A stretch of 64,000 nt of DNA, from contig NC_092670.1 of NCBI RefSeq assembly GCF_964355755.1, forward strand, positions 4,206,201 through 4,270,200, given 5' to 3'. The position numbers and the translations under genes are program-made. Source of the DNA: Antedon mediterranea. Taxonomy: Eukaryota > Animalia > Echinodermata. The first letter of the stretch is position 1; every line of letters starts with the position of its first letter. Positions 26,801 to 44,100 of this stretch are shown in pieces. The notes under the pieces are model-generated. The model ran no database searches and was not told where the DNA came from. It saw only the letters and a program-made list of their open reading frames with translations.

Positions 26801-28788
26801 AATACAAAACATTTATTAAATATTTTATTAAATATTTTTTTTCCCGAATTGAGTTTGGCTTCCCTATACTTCCCATCAAATACAATAAACATGCCTAGGC
26901 TAATTATTTATGCTCATATTAATTTTAAATAAAGTGTAGTCCTAGGCTATTTTTCCTTCAAAATAGGCAATATAATTTCAAAATAATGTTTTTTCTGAAT
27001 ATTTGTTATGGATGCGCGAGAAACAGCCAGGTATGCGTGATGCATAAAAAAATTGGCCCTCATGCGTGAGACTCGTGCATTATGCATGAGAGTTGGCAGG
27101 TGTAGATTTCTTTTTAGTTGTATTGTTGGTAAATTAATGTTTTTCTGTATTTAGTGCACCTGCCCAAGATTTTAAAATGGTGCTACCTAGCAAAAAATAT
27201 TCTTACCTTCCTGTTGACTTGAGGTTGAAGTTTGGAGATGTTGTGGAGGATAAAGATTTGATGCTCCATGATCAACTTGAGGCGATGGAAAAGTAAGTAA
27301 TGTATTACTTTGTTCATGAGCAGTGCCGAAACGGCTATGAGTGCTCAATGGCTAAACCCAGAGGCCCTGGAGCTTATGGGGCCCCTGGGCAGTTCCCAAA
27401 GAAAAAACAGGCATTAAATATGTCGAAAAAGGCTAAAAACACTTTCAAACATACATAAATTAAACTAAAAAGTTGTGTCCTGTAAATACAACTACCACTA
27501 AAAATGCTTTTGAGTGAGCCACACAATGCAAAATTAATAAATTGACTATTTTCAGAAAAAGGCTTTGGAGAAGTGAGGAAAAATTTAAAGCTATCAGTAC
27601 AAAGCTTCATATAAGTACACAACTTGATGAACTGAAAAAAGCAGGACAAGACCCTGAAGAAACTGCAGAGGAGAAGAAGAAAAAGAAAAAAGGAGAAAGT
27701 GAATGCAAATGGTTAGGTTACAAAATGATAACAAACCATAATTTCTATGTATATTTATGGAAGTAATTTTCCACTAATGAATGAATGTAGTTTAGGTCAG
27801 TAATTGATTGGAGTGGAGTAATGAAAACAATGTGGTGTTTGCAGGTTTTGCCCGGCAGAGGAATGGGTCCCTATATGCAACCTGAAAAGCAAAATAAAAA
27901 ACAAATTACAAAAACTGTATATAAATCAAATGAGAAGAAAAAGCTATGTATTAAAAAGTTTTAAATCATCTACTTTTTTTCTACAGGTTCCATACTTTGA
28001 AGGAAAACCTTTCTCAAGATATTATAACTGAAATGCAGTGCAGTGCAATTATTGACAAATTGGAAAGTATTGGTAATATTGAGAGTAGAAAGGTAACACC
28101 ACAGAAGTTCCTTAGTGTTCTATCAGGACTTAGGCACTGGGAAATGTGTTCACCAGATATAAGTGCAGCAATAGAGGTGAGCTTACAACTGCCATAAACG
28201 GCCACTTTACATTGCGTTTACGTCCTTCACCTGGGAACGACGCTACAACACTGAAAAGCACTGTGTATAAGCATGGAGATGTTAGCACCACAAATAATAA
28301 TAATAATACCTGTAGTTCATTCTTATATAGCGCACATATTCAAGCTCTCAATGCGCTGCACATTATTACCCTGGTCATTTTGGATCAAACACGTATGGAA
28401 ACATACTCCTACGTATGGAAACATAGCTAGTAATCAGCACAAAGTTGTGTCTTGATCTAACCCGTACTCATTTTATACACCTGGGTGGAGGCAGGCAAAT
28501 GTAAGTAAAGTCTCTTTCCTAAGGATACAAGCAATGCAGTGAGATTTGGATTCGAACCACGATCTCACAATCAGTAATCCAACGTCCAACACACTGCACC
28601 ACACGCATAATGTTTATTATGTTTTCTTATGTAGACGTCGCCATTTCCATTATTATATTAAAAATATTTATTTTCATTTTCAGTTTATCAGGGAGAATGT
28701 TGTCAATATGAGTATTGAAGATTTTGAGAATTGGTTTCAGTCTGAGATGCCGAATATATTGAGATCCCAGAGTGCTCCACCAATTTAA
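17867..28788 (+). CDS. CCDC60: Coiled-coil domain-containing protein 60-like, about 737 aa; exons 17867-18148, 19241-19416, 20048-20117, 21361-21485, 21978-22025, 22492-22689, 23178-23288, 23655-23763, 24242-24274 (optional), 24830-25031, 25422-25515, 25908-25980, 26557-26660, 27155-27292, 27556-27711, 27987-28176, 28684-28788
   Basis: Continuous frame across all junctions. Recognisable blocks RPYTP...IFRQLCALNWLLEAM...PISLCWN and LRHWEMCSPDISAAIEFIRENVVNMSIEDFENW. Confidence 0.8.
23885..24140 (+). mobile_element. TTAA-flanked non-autonomous DNA transposon family (Kolobok-like), right-hand part; related copies at about 43352-43520 and 44628-44897
   Basis: Shared internal sequence (TTTGTAGTTT.AATAAAGT.AATCA...GGTTAAATTCAACCAAAAA) and terminus GGGACAATACATCT-TTAA. 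Confidence 0.6.
25141..25218. mobile_element. MITE family B (AGCTCTGTCTACACTA TIR), short copy
   Basis: TIRs AGCTCTGTCTACACTATC / GATAGTGTAGACAAAGCT with TWA flanks; family also at 31716, 32225, 37079, about 44320, about 46650, 48279 and 56691. Confidence 0.75.
28290..28606 (-). mobile_element. tRNA-derived SINE in the last CCDC60 intron
   Basis: Minus strand shows A-box-like TGGTGCAGTGTG, B box GGTTCGAATCC, core CTCCACCCAGGTGTATAAAATGAGTAC, LINE-like tail GCGCATTGAG...GCGCTATATAAG and a (TTA)n end. Confidence 0.75.
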
Positions 28789-29377
28789 AGTTGCACGAAA
28801 TGTTTACGTACCTATTAAGGTCGAACTCTATAGAGGGTGAACTCCTAACAGGGAAGTGATTCTAACAGGAAGTTTACACGCGCAATACAGGCGTAGTAGT
28901 GCGCAACTGTGTAGGACGCATGACTAACGTATTGATTGTTCAGTCATGGTCTCACGGCCCTGTATTGTAGTTCGCTCTCTAGCCAGTTAATACCTCAGTG
29001 ACTATACCTCAAATACCATATGCATAAAATCTATAATTACATATATAGATACTTGAAGTGTACCTGCTGCCAACTGAAAAGCAGTCCATCAATACAAAAT
29101 GATTTAAAAATTATATTGACACATAATTTACTAGCAAAATAGTATAACGTATTCAGAAAGGAAGAAAATAATACATATATTTTCAATTTAAATGCTTTTG
29201 AAAATCAGGTTGGATTTGTTGAACTAAAAGAGAAATGAATCGAGAGCACTGATTACATTATGTTTTTTTATATATCCAAGATCAAATGGTATTGCACAAA
29301 TGTTTATTTTAATTTTATAAATATTACAAATATGTAGAGGTCTAAATTGTTACATTTAGAGGTTTTTTAATTGTGTA

Positions 29378-29635
29378 AGACCCCATGATTGGGTCCTGGG
29401 CCGCTGCAGGATCATCACAAAGACCCCATGATTGGGTCCTGGGCCGCTGCAGGATCATCACAAAGACCCCATGATTGGGTCCTGGGCCGCTGCAGGATCA
29501 TCACAAAGACCCCATGATTGGGTCCTGGGCCGCTGCAGGATCATCACAAAGACCCCATGATTGGGTCATGGGCCGCTGCAGGATCATCACAAAGACCCCA
29601 TGATTGGGTCATGGGCCGCTGAAGGATCATCACAA
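29378..29635. repeat. Minisatellite, 43-bp unit x6
   Basis: AGACCCCATGATTGGGTCCTGGGCCGCTGCAGGATCATCACAA repeated head to tail. Confidence 0.97.
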
Positions 29636-29740
29636 ATTATACGTTAAAATGAAATCCACAATCACTGCTTTATATTTTAAAATAAAGTTCATTTATAGAT
29701 TATTATTATTATTTACAGTAGGATAGTGCAGACCACAAAA

Positions 29741-30194
29741 TATAATGATCCTTGTGAGTGATAGTAGTACTAGTATATAATGATCCTGGTGAGTGATAGT
29801 AGTACTAGTATATAATGATCCTTGTGAGTGATAGTAGTACTAGTATATAATGATCCTGGTGAGTGATAGTAGTACTAGTATATAATGATCCTTGTGAGTG
29901 ATAGTAGTACTAGTATATAATGATCCTGGTGAGTGATAGTAGTACTAGTATATAATGATCCTTGTGAGTGATAGTAGTACTAGTATATAATGATCCTGGT
30001 GAGTGATAGTAGTACTAGTATATAATGATCCTGGTGAGTGATAGTAGTACTAGTATATAATGATCCTTGTGAGTGATAGTAGTACTAGTATATAATGATC
30101 CTTGTGAGTGATAGTAGTACTAGTATATAATGATCCTTGTGAGTGATAGTAGTACTAGTATATAATGATCCTGGTGAGTGATAGTAGTACTAGT
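29741..30194. repeat. Minisatellite, 35-bp unit x13
   Basis: TATAATGATCCTKGTGAGTGATAGTAGTACTAGTA, with two variants differing at one base. Confidence 0.97.
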
Positions 30195-31080
30195 GTGTAA
30201 ATTGTATGTTTTATATCATGATACTACAAATTAAAACTATTCAGGGAGTTGTGTTCTCAAAGTAAAAATATTTTCTGTAAATATTCATCAAAGTGCGCCA
30301 AATTCAATTATCAAGTTTTATTGATAAGTGTGTGATTTGTAATACTACTATACTACTAAATGAACATTCCATCTGAAAATCTTTTAAATGAGCTGACTAT
30401 TTTTTATAAGTATAGTTGTAAATAAATGTTCTTAAAATAGTGATATATATTATTATGCAATATTATACAATATGCAATTATTTCAAGATTGATTTAAATC
30501 GTAATACAGTAGTATGTTATTTATAGTTTTTATTTTGTTTGTGCATCTAAATTTGAGTTTGATTTAATATCTCAAAAGAACAAATTAAGAGTGACAGAAA
30601 ACTAGTTGAATTCACTGACCGAGAGTATTTGACCGATAAGCCATTTTGTTTCTATGCTACAGTTTCACAAGGGAGGAGTGGTTTTAATTGTATTAAACTA
30701 CTGTGGAGTAGCTTTGCATCAGGGAGTTGTGTAACTGGTTAGATGTTTTGCCCTTCTCTGACATAATTTGTACTATATATTGAGAAGTGGTTGTCACTAT
30801 TAAAAGAGGTGTTTGAGGGAAAATAAAAAGTACTTTTTAATAATATAGTATTCGTTTTTATGTATTTTGCAGCATATTTATATTGTGAGATAAGCTATTA
30901 CTTCTAGCACGGGCCCCAGTTATTGTCAAATAACTGAATGTGTATGAATGAATGAATAAATGGGTGTAAACTGGATATTTTTTAATTTGAGAGTAAAAAT
31001 AATTGTGGGCCATACATCAAACAATTATACTGTACATACACAAGATGCGAATGTTCGCTACTGCATTACAGTTTATTAAA

Positions 31081-31272
31081 ATCATCATCTAGACACATGG
31101 TTATCATCATCTAGACACATGGTTATCATCTAGACACATGGTTATCATCATCTAGACACATCATCATGGTTATCATCATCTAGACACATGGTTATCATCA
31201 TCTAGACACATCATCATGGTTATCATCATCTAGACACATCATCATGGTTATCATCATCTAGACACATGGTTA
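31081..31272. repeat. Compound minisatellite (ATC)n-TAGACAC-ATGGTT with variable unit length
   Basis: About 8 units of ATCATCATCTAGACACATGGTT with variable ATC number. Confidence 0.9.
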
Positions 31273-31556
31273 TTATAAACTGTAAAGAGTGTAGGGATAA
31301 CCGGCGAAATTGTCTGTCAACAAAGTGTTCTGTCGGCCACATGTCCTGTAGACCTAAATGTCTGTCGACGAAATGGCAATCCATGAACCCCCGCCTCAAA
31401 TGGGAGAATCCCATCACATTTCTATTCAAATCATCACTACATACATTAACACAAATGATTAGAAACAAAATGAAACATGAAAACACATACTGTATCACCA
31501 TCAGGGTATTTTTAATATGAACATTTTTTTTTAGCAGATTACAGCTGATTAGTTAT

Positions 31557-34936
<3,380 letters not shown>

Positions 34937-35115
34937 GATTACTGGATTGCTATAACGAAAAGGCCGTGCATGCTGGGATCGGAAAACACAAACACACAAA
35001 CAGGTTTATGGAAAATTAGAGGGCGGCAAATTGCGAAAAATGTAAAAATGTCCGCCGCGCGCGACGATTAAAATCCGATCAAAACATTATCATTATTTAT
35101 TTATTCTTAGTTTAA
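34937..35115. promoter_or_regulatory. Compact bidirectional promoter for RPS8 and TUBGCP5, with 5'TOP/TCT-like start for RPS8
   Basis: Start codons at 34936 (minus) and 35116 (plus). Minus-strand CCTTTTC pyrimidine tract at about 34963-34957; local CpG-rich patch CCGCCGCGCGCG. Confidence 0.75.
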
Positions 35116-38100
35116 ATGGCTCCAATTTTTATGACCAATGAAATAGAATCCAATGTTAAAAAACTAATACAATCACTTTCAGGTTTTCAGGTAAGATTTG
35201 TTATCTAGGCCTAGATCCTAGGCTAGGCCTACGAATCCAATTCGCTATCTAGCTAGGCCTAGAGAGTACTCCACCATCCCCTGACCTAGCTTCCCTAGCA
35301 GGCTAGCGGTTCTGCTTGGGACGGTTCGGCCCAGGCAGGGGAACGTGTAGACCCAGTGACTTTTCGGCCTATTTAAGAGGGACAGCAGTATGTAATAGTA
35401 AATAATAATAAAGTCCTAGGCCTCCCTCTAGTACAAATAAGTTTAAGATGAATTTCATTCTATTTTCACTAAACCTGAAACCACCAGTCGATCCGAAATT
35501 GAAAACAAACAACAAACAGCACAGCAGGCTATGTGGTATTGTATTGGATTTCTCACAGATTTTTATCCTGTAATGCGAGAAGATTTTTTTCCCGTAAACA
35601 AAATTAAAATCACACGATCTTTAAAAAAATAATATAAATAAAACCAAAACATAAATTTTTTTATTTTATTCAATTTATCCATCGTATTAAATCATTGATG
35701 AATGCTAGGCCATTAAGTAAAAAAGACAGTGCCCCAACTTTATACGTGAAGTAGAACAGTTTATAGACAACACAAGTTGATTTCCTCTCGCATGGCAAAA
35801 ATTCTCAAAATGTTTACAGAAACCTGAACGTGCATTAGATCGCATTATTAATTATCACCTTTAGATATCACTTTTTTGTTGGATAGAGCTAATTCCAAAT
35901 TGCAAGAATACAATCAGGTGTGTTATAAAGGCTATTGTTAATTATTAATTCAGTAAATAAGGTGTCTCCATAAGCCTACATATGATAAAGGAAAGTTTCA
36001 ACTCTGTTTGTTTTGATCTTTCAGGAAAAATCTGAAAATTTTCAAACCTGTCTTCAGTTTGTTTTATCAAATTTCCGATTTCATCGTTTCTTAGATGTTG
36101 ACAGTCACAAAGTTGAGCGGCAAATCAAAGGGTAATCTACTGTTATATTTGATACATTAAAGCCCCATTCCCTACGTTTTTTAGATCTAATTTAAGATCA
36201 CAAACTATATTTAATGTAAAAATAATACTATATGGTCCTATTGCGATAACTTTTTTCGTCTTTAAACGGTTAAAAATGTGAAAAATAAATCGATTTTAAT
36301 AATTATAGCGGCCCGCTATAAATCCCAAAATGCATTGCGCGCGGATTGATATTTTTGTTTTTCACCTGTAATTCGCCCACTTTTCGATCGATCGTGAAGC
36401 CAAAACAAATGGAAGACTCCTAACTTTTCAGCGAAAATACCGGGTGTTCCCCAATTTGTATCAACGGAGTCTGGCAAAAATAGAAAGACAATTAATGCAG
36501 CAACTATACAACGTCAGCCTAGGTATATAGCTAGCGTACGATGTTCGTACGTTACCGATGTTTACCAGCTAGGCCTACAAAACTAAGCCTAGCTAGGCTA
36601 GGCCTGAGACCGTCCACGAGAGGTCGATCGCCGCGAGCTACTTAGGTAGTGCATTGTTTCTCACTTTTTATCATAATTTACCATAAAACGTACATTTAAG
36701 ACAAGGAATGACATGGTTTAATGTTTTTAAAGTGATATATATGTATTATTTTCCAAAAAACGTCCAAAATTGCAGGGAAGGGGTCTTTAAGTATTTACAT
36801 GAGTATTTTTTGCACTTTATAAACTTTAATAAAATAATTGCCTTTCTCCTATACACACAACTACAGTAAATACAACTTTTCTTTCAATTCAAATCATTAA
36901 TATCATTTATTTAATTTTTGTTTTCAGAATATGTCAAAAATTATCCATTCACTCCAGAGGCCATAAAGCAGATTGTTTGAAATCTTTATCTGAAACGTTT
37001 TTAGACTCACCAATTTTATTAACTCAGCACCCTAAGGTAAAACATTATCTCATCATCTCTCTGATACAGTACATCTTTAGCTCTGTCTACAAAAAAAGTG
37101 TGATGTGCCCAAATATGGTAGTGATATTATCACATTTTTTGTCACAAAGTTTGGTAGTGTAGACAGAGCTTTATTTCTGTTTGAAGGTTTGCATGGAGAA
37201 ATCAATATGTTGAAAAAGTTTGGGGTACACCACGTACATAGTTCTTAAAAGAATTGTTGCGTTATCTCGAGGAAGATGATCAAAGCATATTGTTCTTTTC
37301 ATGCCTGGTGTACTGCAAACTAAATGTCAACTTTATTTCTGATGACCTGATATATATTTAGTATGGATGTGAATGTTTATTTGAATGTGGGTCACAAACT
37401 AAAAGGAGTTATTCTTAACAAGATCTTTTATGTTTCAGACTGACGTACATTATGGTCTTCTATCTCTGCTGATTTGTCTGGCGAACACACCAACTGAAAA
37501 TGATTATCAAGAACCAGAAAAGCATGTGGAAATTGGTAAATTTATCAATCTACAAAAACCAGTAAAATAGTTTGGTTTGGTCATTTAATAATTGTCCCAT
37601 CTAAGGCTGTGTTTATACAACACTCTAAATTTGAACATGTCTTTAATTTTTAGCGTGTTGCACGGGCCGAGGTCAACCCCACAAAAACCTTGCAGTTATA
37701 CATGAAATCGTAATACCGTGTTATACCGTAGTTCATAATCCTAAGTTGTACATATACTTGCATTATGAATTAATATGAGTTTATATTAAGGATTTCAATA
37801 AAGGATGATTTCGTTTAAAATTTAGTTTATTCAATTATTGATTTTTTAAATCTGCTTTTGAAATTAAAAAAAAAATGTTTTAGAATTAGGATAAAACTAT
37901 GCTACATTTTGCCAAATTATGCCAACATTTGATTAGCGTTAATGTTAAGTGCTAAATAGGTTAAAATATGCAAACAAATCACAATTATCTACTAGATTTG
38001 GTCAACATTTTCACAGCACATACTTTTATTTAACGAGAGGTCAAAACAATACCCTGAGGACACTTCCAACACGCCAACAGCAACCGGGAATCCACAAAAT

Positions 38101-41100
38101 TTTAGGATTCAGCCAAATAGCCTTTTTTGCAATTAAAATCTCATTACACGGAATCTCTTCGATGTTATACAACACACTTCTCGTAGTCGTGTTGAATATG
38201 CGTGTAATAACGTGTTGTATAAACGCGCCCTAAGGTGTGGCACAATAAAACTAATTATGTAAATTCTATTTTTCTCCAAATTCTAAAATAACAGTAATAT
38301 TTCTATATTTTGTTAAGTTGAAGAGCCAGAGTTTGATTGGACAAGCTACCTGTTGGAAGGAATAGAGCTTGATGGACCACACCTGTATCCTGACTCCCCT
38401 GAGGTAAAGATAATACTATTGGCCTTCATATGTTATAGCAGATATGATATGACTTTTAAAATCATTATAATATACAGTATATATTAAATATTAGTACTTT
38501 TATATAAATGTAATGTATATTTTTAACCCTGATAGTTATAATTATATTTATAATAAACTAACATAGGAGTGGTCTGAGGAAGATGATGATGATAAAGATG
38601 ATACTAGTTTAGAAGATGTATCTATCACTCAAGCAAGCCATAAAGAAACTGAGCTGAAGCCTGACACAGTGCACAACTGCAGAGATTGGTTAGAAAAAAA
38701 TGTTACTGTTCAGTACTGGAAAGATAAAGTGGATATCCCAGTACCTAACTGCTACATGGAAGGCAACATAGCAAATATTTGGTAAACTAACAACATATTT
38801 TTTTTTTTTTTAAACCAATTTAGCATCTGTTCTGCACAATTTGAATCAAAGTACTTAATTCAAATTGCGCAGAAAAGTATTTTTCAGTATTTGATAATAA
38901 AACCAAATCTCAATAATCTTACTTAGGCCTACATTGATAATGCAAGTAATAATAACAGTCTGTAACAGAATAAAATGTTATAAATATTAATAAAACGATT
39001 GGGCTTACCTAGGCCTATGTTTTTATAAAAGAGACAATAAATTAGGCGGAAAAACAGTGATCCTCTCGCAGCCACATGGATGGGTGTTGAGCTAACTTTG
39101 CCAAGGAGTGCCGATGAATGAATACGGGGTTTGGCCTTTTATGCTTAGACCTACTATGATTCTTGTTATTAATATTATTTTGGAAAGGAAATCATTGCAC
39201 AATTTCAAATTGATTTAATTATGTGTTGTGAGCTATGCTACTAGGTGAAACCATTGCAATTTAACACTATATTACTTTTGTTTAAATCTGAATGATATAA
39301 TTATAATGATTTTTAAAGGAATGCATACGCCAGTGCAGTTAACCCTATACATGTATCAAGCAAAATTAATACTGTTACAGAGACACAGCTCATCCGAGAA
39401 ACATTATGGTAAGTTGTCATATTCATTTCAATTTGAGTGAACATGCTTGAAGTTCACATCCACATGGGTTGTAGTCGACTGGTACTCATCGACAGGTATG
39501 TGAAAGTTGCAATTTAAGTGGACATTCATGTTGACGTGCCAGTGAATGTATGACGTAATTTGACTTTGTAATCTAGCGTGCGGGGTGCCATTCCACTGCA
39601 GGGCCAGTGGGTACATGAGTATAAGCTAGGTGCCATGTATAGGCATAGCTTGGTAGTTTAGGCCTAGCGTAGATCTTAATTTCTTTGTGTTGTAATGTGT
39701 TCACTCTTGTTCACAGGATTCTAATGGGAAGTTCATGTTCATTTGCTTTTGATGTCAAGGGTTACATTGTATCTCCTAGAACTGATATTAAAGTCTCACA
39801 TTTGACACCTGTAAGTTTTAAATATATATATAAATAAGATTGCTAATTGCGAAGGGTGTAGGCCTACAAAGAAAACGACATTGTTCAATTAATAATGTTT
39901 TTATTTATTATTATGATATAATTATATGCATTGCTTTTACAATGTTTTTTAGGCATGCTTATATAATTTTCTTCAACTGTTTGCCAAATATGGTAGTATA
40001 GTTCTACAAATTCAAATGTTTACAAAAGAAGTGACAGCAGAGATTGGCAATGATGAGAATAGCCCAAGTGAAACATACCAGGCATACGCTTGGTCCATGT
40101 CAGAGGTCATACATAAACTACAAGCAGATTTAACATCTATTGAAAAAGAAGTCATTAGCCAAGGTAACTAAAACGACACTCATTAATCAGTGTTTGATTC
40201 ATAAGAAATTAAAAATTGGGATAAATAGTATAGAGACCAACCAAAGTCCCATTGCCTCCTGTGAAATAACCCAAAATGTTTTTGTTTTTTTTATAGATGG
40301 TACATTAACCTTGGCTCAGTTATCCTATCGTTTACATTCCATGTTTGTTGAGCTTGATTGTCTGTTTGCCATCTTTAATCATGGCATTTTGAAATGTCCT
40401 GCAGGAAGCAGTCAAGCGCAGCGCTCGTGCCATCTTCTTGAGATACTCTATGAAAATTTATTAGAGAAAGATACCATTGGATTGGAGGTGGAACAATCTG
40501 TGAGTTGCATATTATGTAAAAAGGTTTTATGACAAATATCATCTACATAAGGTTTATTGCAAATTGCATGCGCGATGCATGGTGGGAAGGATTTGGGAGC
40601 TTCACAATGCGTACGTACATGATTTGTGTTTATACGTACACGCTGTGACGCATGCTCCCAAACCCATCCCATCATGCATTGTGCAATGCCGTTGCTCGTG
40701 AAATCAAGCTATTTGCAATAAACCTTATTCTCCAAATCTGCATACCATAATTACCATAATACCTCATTCATTAGTTTGTGGAGTCTTATTTATTTTTTTT
40801 ATTTTTGAGGGATAGTTTTAAGTGAAATTATATTCATAATTGTCATATTGAAATTTCTTTTTATTTACAGAAAAATATCATGATGTGTGTGTGGTTGAAG
40901 TCTATCAAACCATACATGGATATGGTTGACACTTGGATCTCACAAGGGGTGTTGCCAACTCACTCTCAAGAGTTTCTCATCAGAAGGTAATGCTATTATG
41001 ACTACTGGCAGTGTTAAATGTGTTGGTTGGTCCCATTTCTTTCCGTACCTAATTTTGTTTGTGTCTAGGATTTATAAAAAATATTATATGCATTATTATA

Positions 41101-44100
41101 GTCATTAAAATGAAAAGAATGCTAATAATAGCATCTGCGATCATGGCCTCATTCCTAGACCCCTCCCTTGCCTGCAGTTGTATTGATCACTTTCACAAAT
41201 GGCAATGAAATTGACAATAACCTTTTTAATACTATAAATTGTTTATTTTATAGAAACCAAGAAGTTGAAATAGACAGTGAATTATTTTGGTCTAAGGGTT
41301 TTATACTTCAAGCAAATGATGTTAACCAAGATGATGCTAAGTCATCCTCTCAAAGTGGTGTTCCAAGTTTCCTCCAGCCTATAATTCAACAGGTACTTGT
41401 TGCTGGCAAGTCCATGCAACTCATGGAAGCCTTGGGTAAACTCTCTGGATCAATTAAAAGTAAGTTTTTTAGCAGTTTTTTTGTCTTTATTACAAACTGA
41501 AATGAAATGTTATTTTATAAACTATAATATGTATGATCATAATGTAATATGTAGTAGTATTAGTGCAGTTGGCTAATTTGAATACATATGTTTCGAAATT
41601 TCAGTGTTCAACTCTCATACAAATTTGAGATCAGAATGAACAATGTGCTATTGTAATATGTATACTGTATTTGTAAAAGTTGTGGGTTTTGCTAATTTTC
41701 CTTTCTGTAAAATATACTTTTACTTAATTTCTTGAGTTTCTGTGAGAAAAAACATTTTATATGAATAAATTATTATATTATGCCTCTTATTTATTATCTA
41801 TTGTCACTTCAGCATGTTTACCAATGTTATGTATATGATATTTTTGGGTTTTTTTTTTCTTTTCTTTTTTATCTGTCTGTTTAAATATCATCTTTGTATA
41901 TAGGCATGTCTTCACAAGCATTCTGCTTTTTTTTAACATGCCTTCTTCCACTCATTTTTACCTACATTAACTTTTTTGAAGTAAATAATTGTCACTTTGA
42001 GTTGAATTGAGTCAATTTTGACAATCTGTCAATGGCTTCTTTATATTCCAGGTAGCCGGCTTTCTATTTACTCAGATTTTATCGAATCACTCCAACAAAA
42101 GTTTGGAGTGAACATAAGTAGGAGTGACTCACAAATTCAAACGACAGAAGTAACAAAGAGAGATACTTGGACAACACCTTGTGATGACATATTACTTAAT
42201 CAAAACTTCATGGAATTGTTCTCATCAGACTGGTTCAAAGTAGAGAAAAATAAGCAACATGAAAGGTATAGTATGGTAACATTTTGAATAGTTATGTTAA
42301 TTATTTATCTAAAAAAACACATTCTTGTTGAACTTTTAACTGGCATGCATGCATGTTCAATCTAAAGGCGAATTTACAAAGACGAGCAGTAACGGTAAAC
42401 CATGTGGCTTGTCCAATTTACAAAGACGAGCAGTAACGGTAAACCATGTGGCTTGTCCAATTTACAAAGACGAGCAGTAACGGTAAACCATGTGGCTTGT
42501 CCAATTTACAATATCATGTAGAATTTGTAGGTCTCGAGGCTAGTGCAAGTACTGCTGGCCTAGACTAGACGTATTATGACTGACTGTCAGTAGGCTTAGA
42601 GCAGTAGCCTACGCCAAGCCTAGGCCTGGTTTTAAAGGGCCAGTATACTAATAATGTCACAAATGTATCTTTTCTTTACACTATCCTTATACAATCAGTC
42701 ATGTTTTGTTTGTATTTATGAATAATAAAATGTTGTGAAACAAGTCTATGCCTACTGTGACATAGATGATGTCACATCAATCATGTCGTTGATTGGCCAG
42801 AATCCAAAATTACCGCATAGTATTTTGAGAAATGTGTTATGTGTTTTTTTATTTTATTTATTATCCTGAGTGGATTTGCACCTGTCCGCTCCTCGTTCGC
42901 TCCTCGAATAATTCTATATTTTTGTTTTCCACTTACCATTACCACTCATCTGTGTAAATTGGCCTTAAGAGTAAACACCAGGTTTCAATACAATATACAG
43001 TACAGGATTATAATTGATTTCAGAGACATAACTGTATCATCTGAGGTAAGCCTTCAACCTATACAACTAATGCTGTTTAGGTGTTTGTATCCATACATTG
43101 AATCCAAATGTACAACAGCATGCCAATCACTTATCGACTTGTTAAAGAAAGACTACAGAATTCTTTATTTTCTTACATCTCTTAGGGTAAGTATACAGCA
43201 GATTAATATATTATAGCCATAAAACTGTATTAAAAATATTTATTTTTGTGTAAAGATATGTCATTTCTTAATTATTGTGTTTTTGCACATCATTTTTTAG
43301 TTGTTGGCATCTCGACATGTGTTCTGTCTTTTTATTTGGAGTTATTTGTTCAAGATGTACTGTCCTCCAAAAACAGGAAATATGATTAATAAAAAAAGAC
43401 TTTGAATAAGTTATTTTGCAGCTTTAATAAAGTTAATCACTTCTGTAGGAAAGAAAACTTTTTAAAAACATAATGTTTTTACTTATTATAAAAAGACAAA
43501 ATAAATGGTTAGATTCATTTATGTAAAAAAAAAGTCATAATAGTTTTCTTTTTTCCAATATAGAATTTTTATTTGCTAGAAGCTGGTGACACAATGTATG
43601 ATTTTTACTCGGATTGTTTTGATAAGTTGCGATTTAATGAACCATGGCAAGATTTGACGTATTTGAACCTTCAGCTGCATGAAGCCTTACAAGCAAAGTA
43701 TCCAGAAGAAACAGAGAGGTATAACAATGATTCTTGTCAACTTTACACCTTCATTTATTTCAAAGCAATGTGGATATAAAAGTTGTTTTTATGTGACGTA
43801 AAAAGGAAATGGTCCCGTATTCAATTCTGAACATAGGGTAATGAGCTGTTAGGAGCTCATTTTACTAAGCCCTGCCATTATGTGGTAGGGTGGCCAGTTC
43901 CTTTCCACGCTGCATTATCCTTCCTAGTATTTTTAATCAGATATCATTTACAGCTTAGTAGACTGAGAGTAATTGAAGTCTCAAGTCTCTATGTATGACA
44001 GTCAGGTGTCCTAACCACTCGACTACCCAACCCAACTGAACATCTGCAGAAATAGTTATCTTTTGAATGGCAGATTTAACATTCCAAATTAAACGCCACT

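Noticed and set aside
29378-29635. C-box-like GTGATGA in each minus-strand 43-mer, suggesting a snoRNA array
   Set aside because: No D box, terminal stem or recognisable rRNA guide.
29378-30194. CRISPR-like regular 35-bp and 43-bp repeats
   Set aside because: Units abut with no unique spacers, there are no cas genes, and the context is eukaryotic; these are minisatellites.
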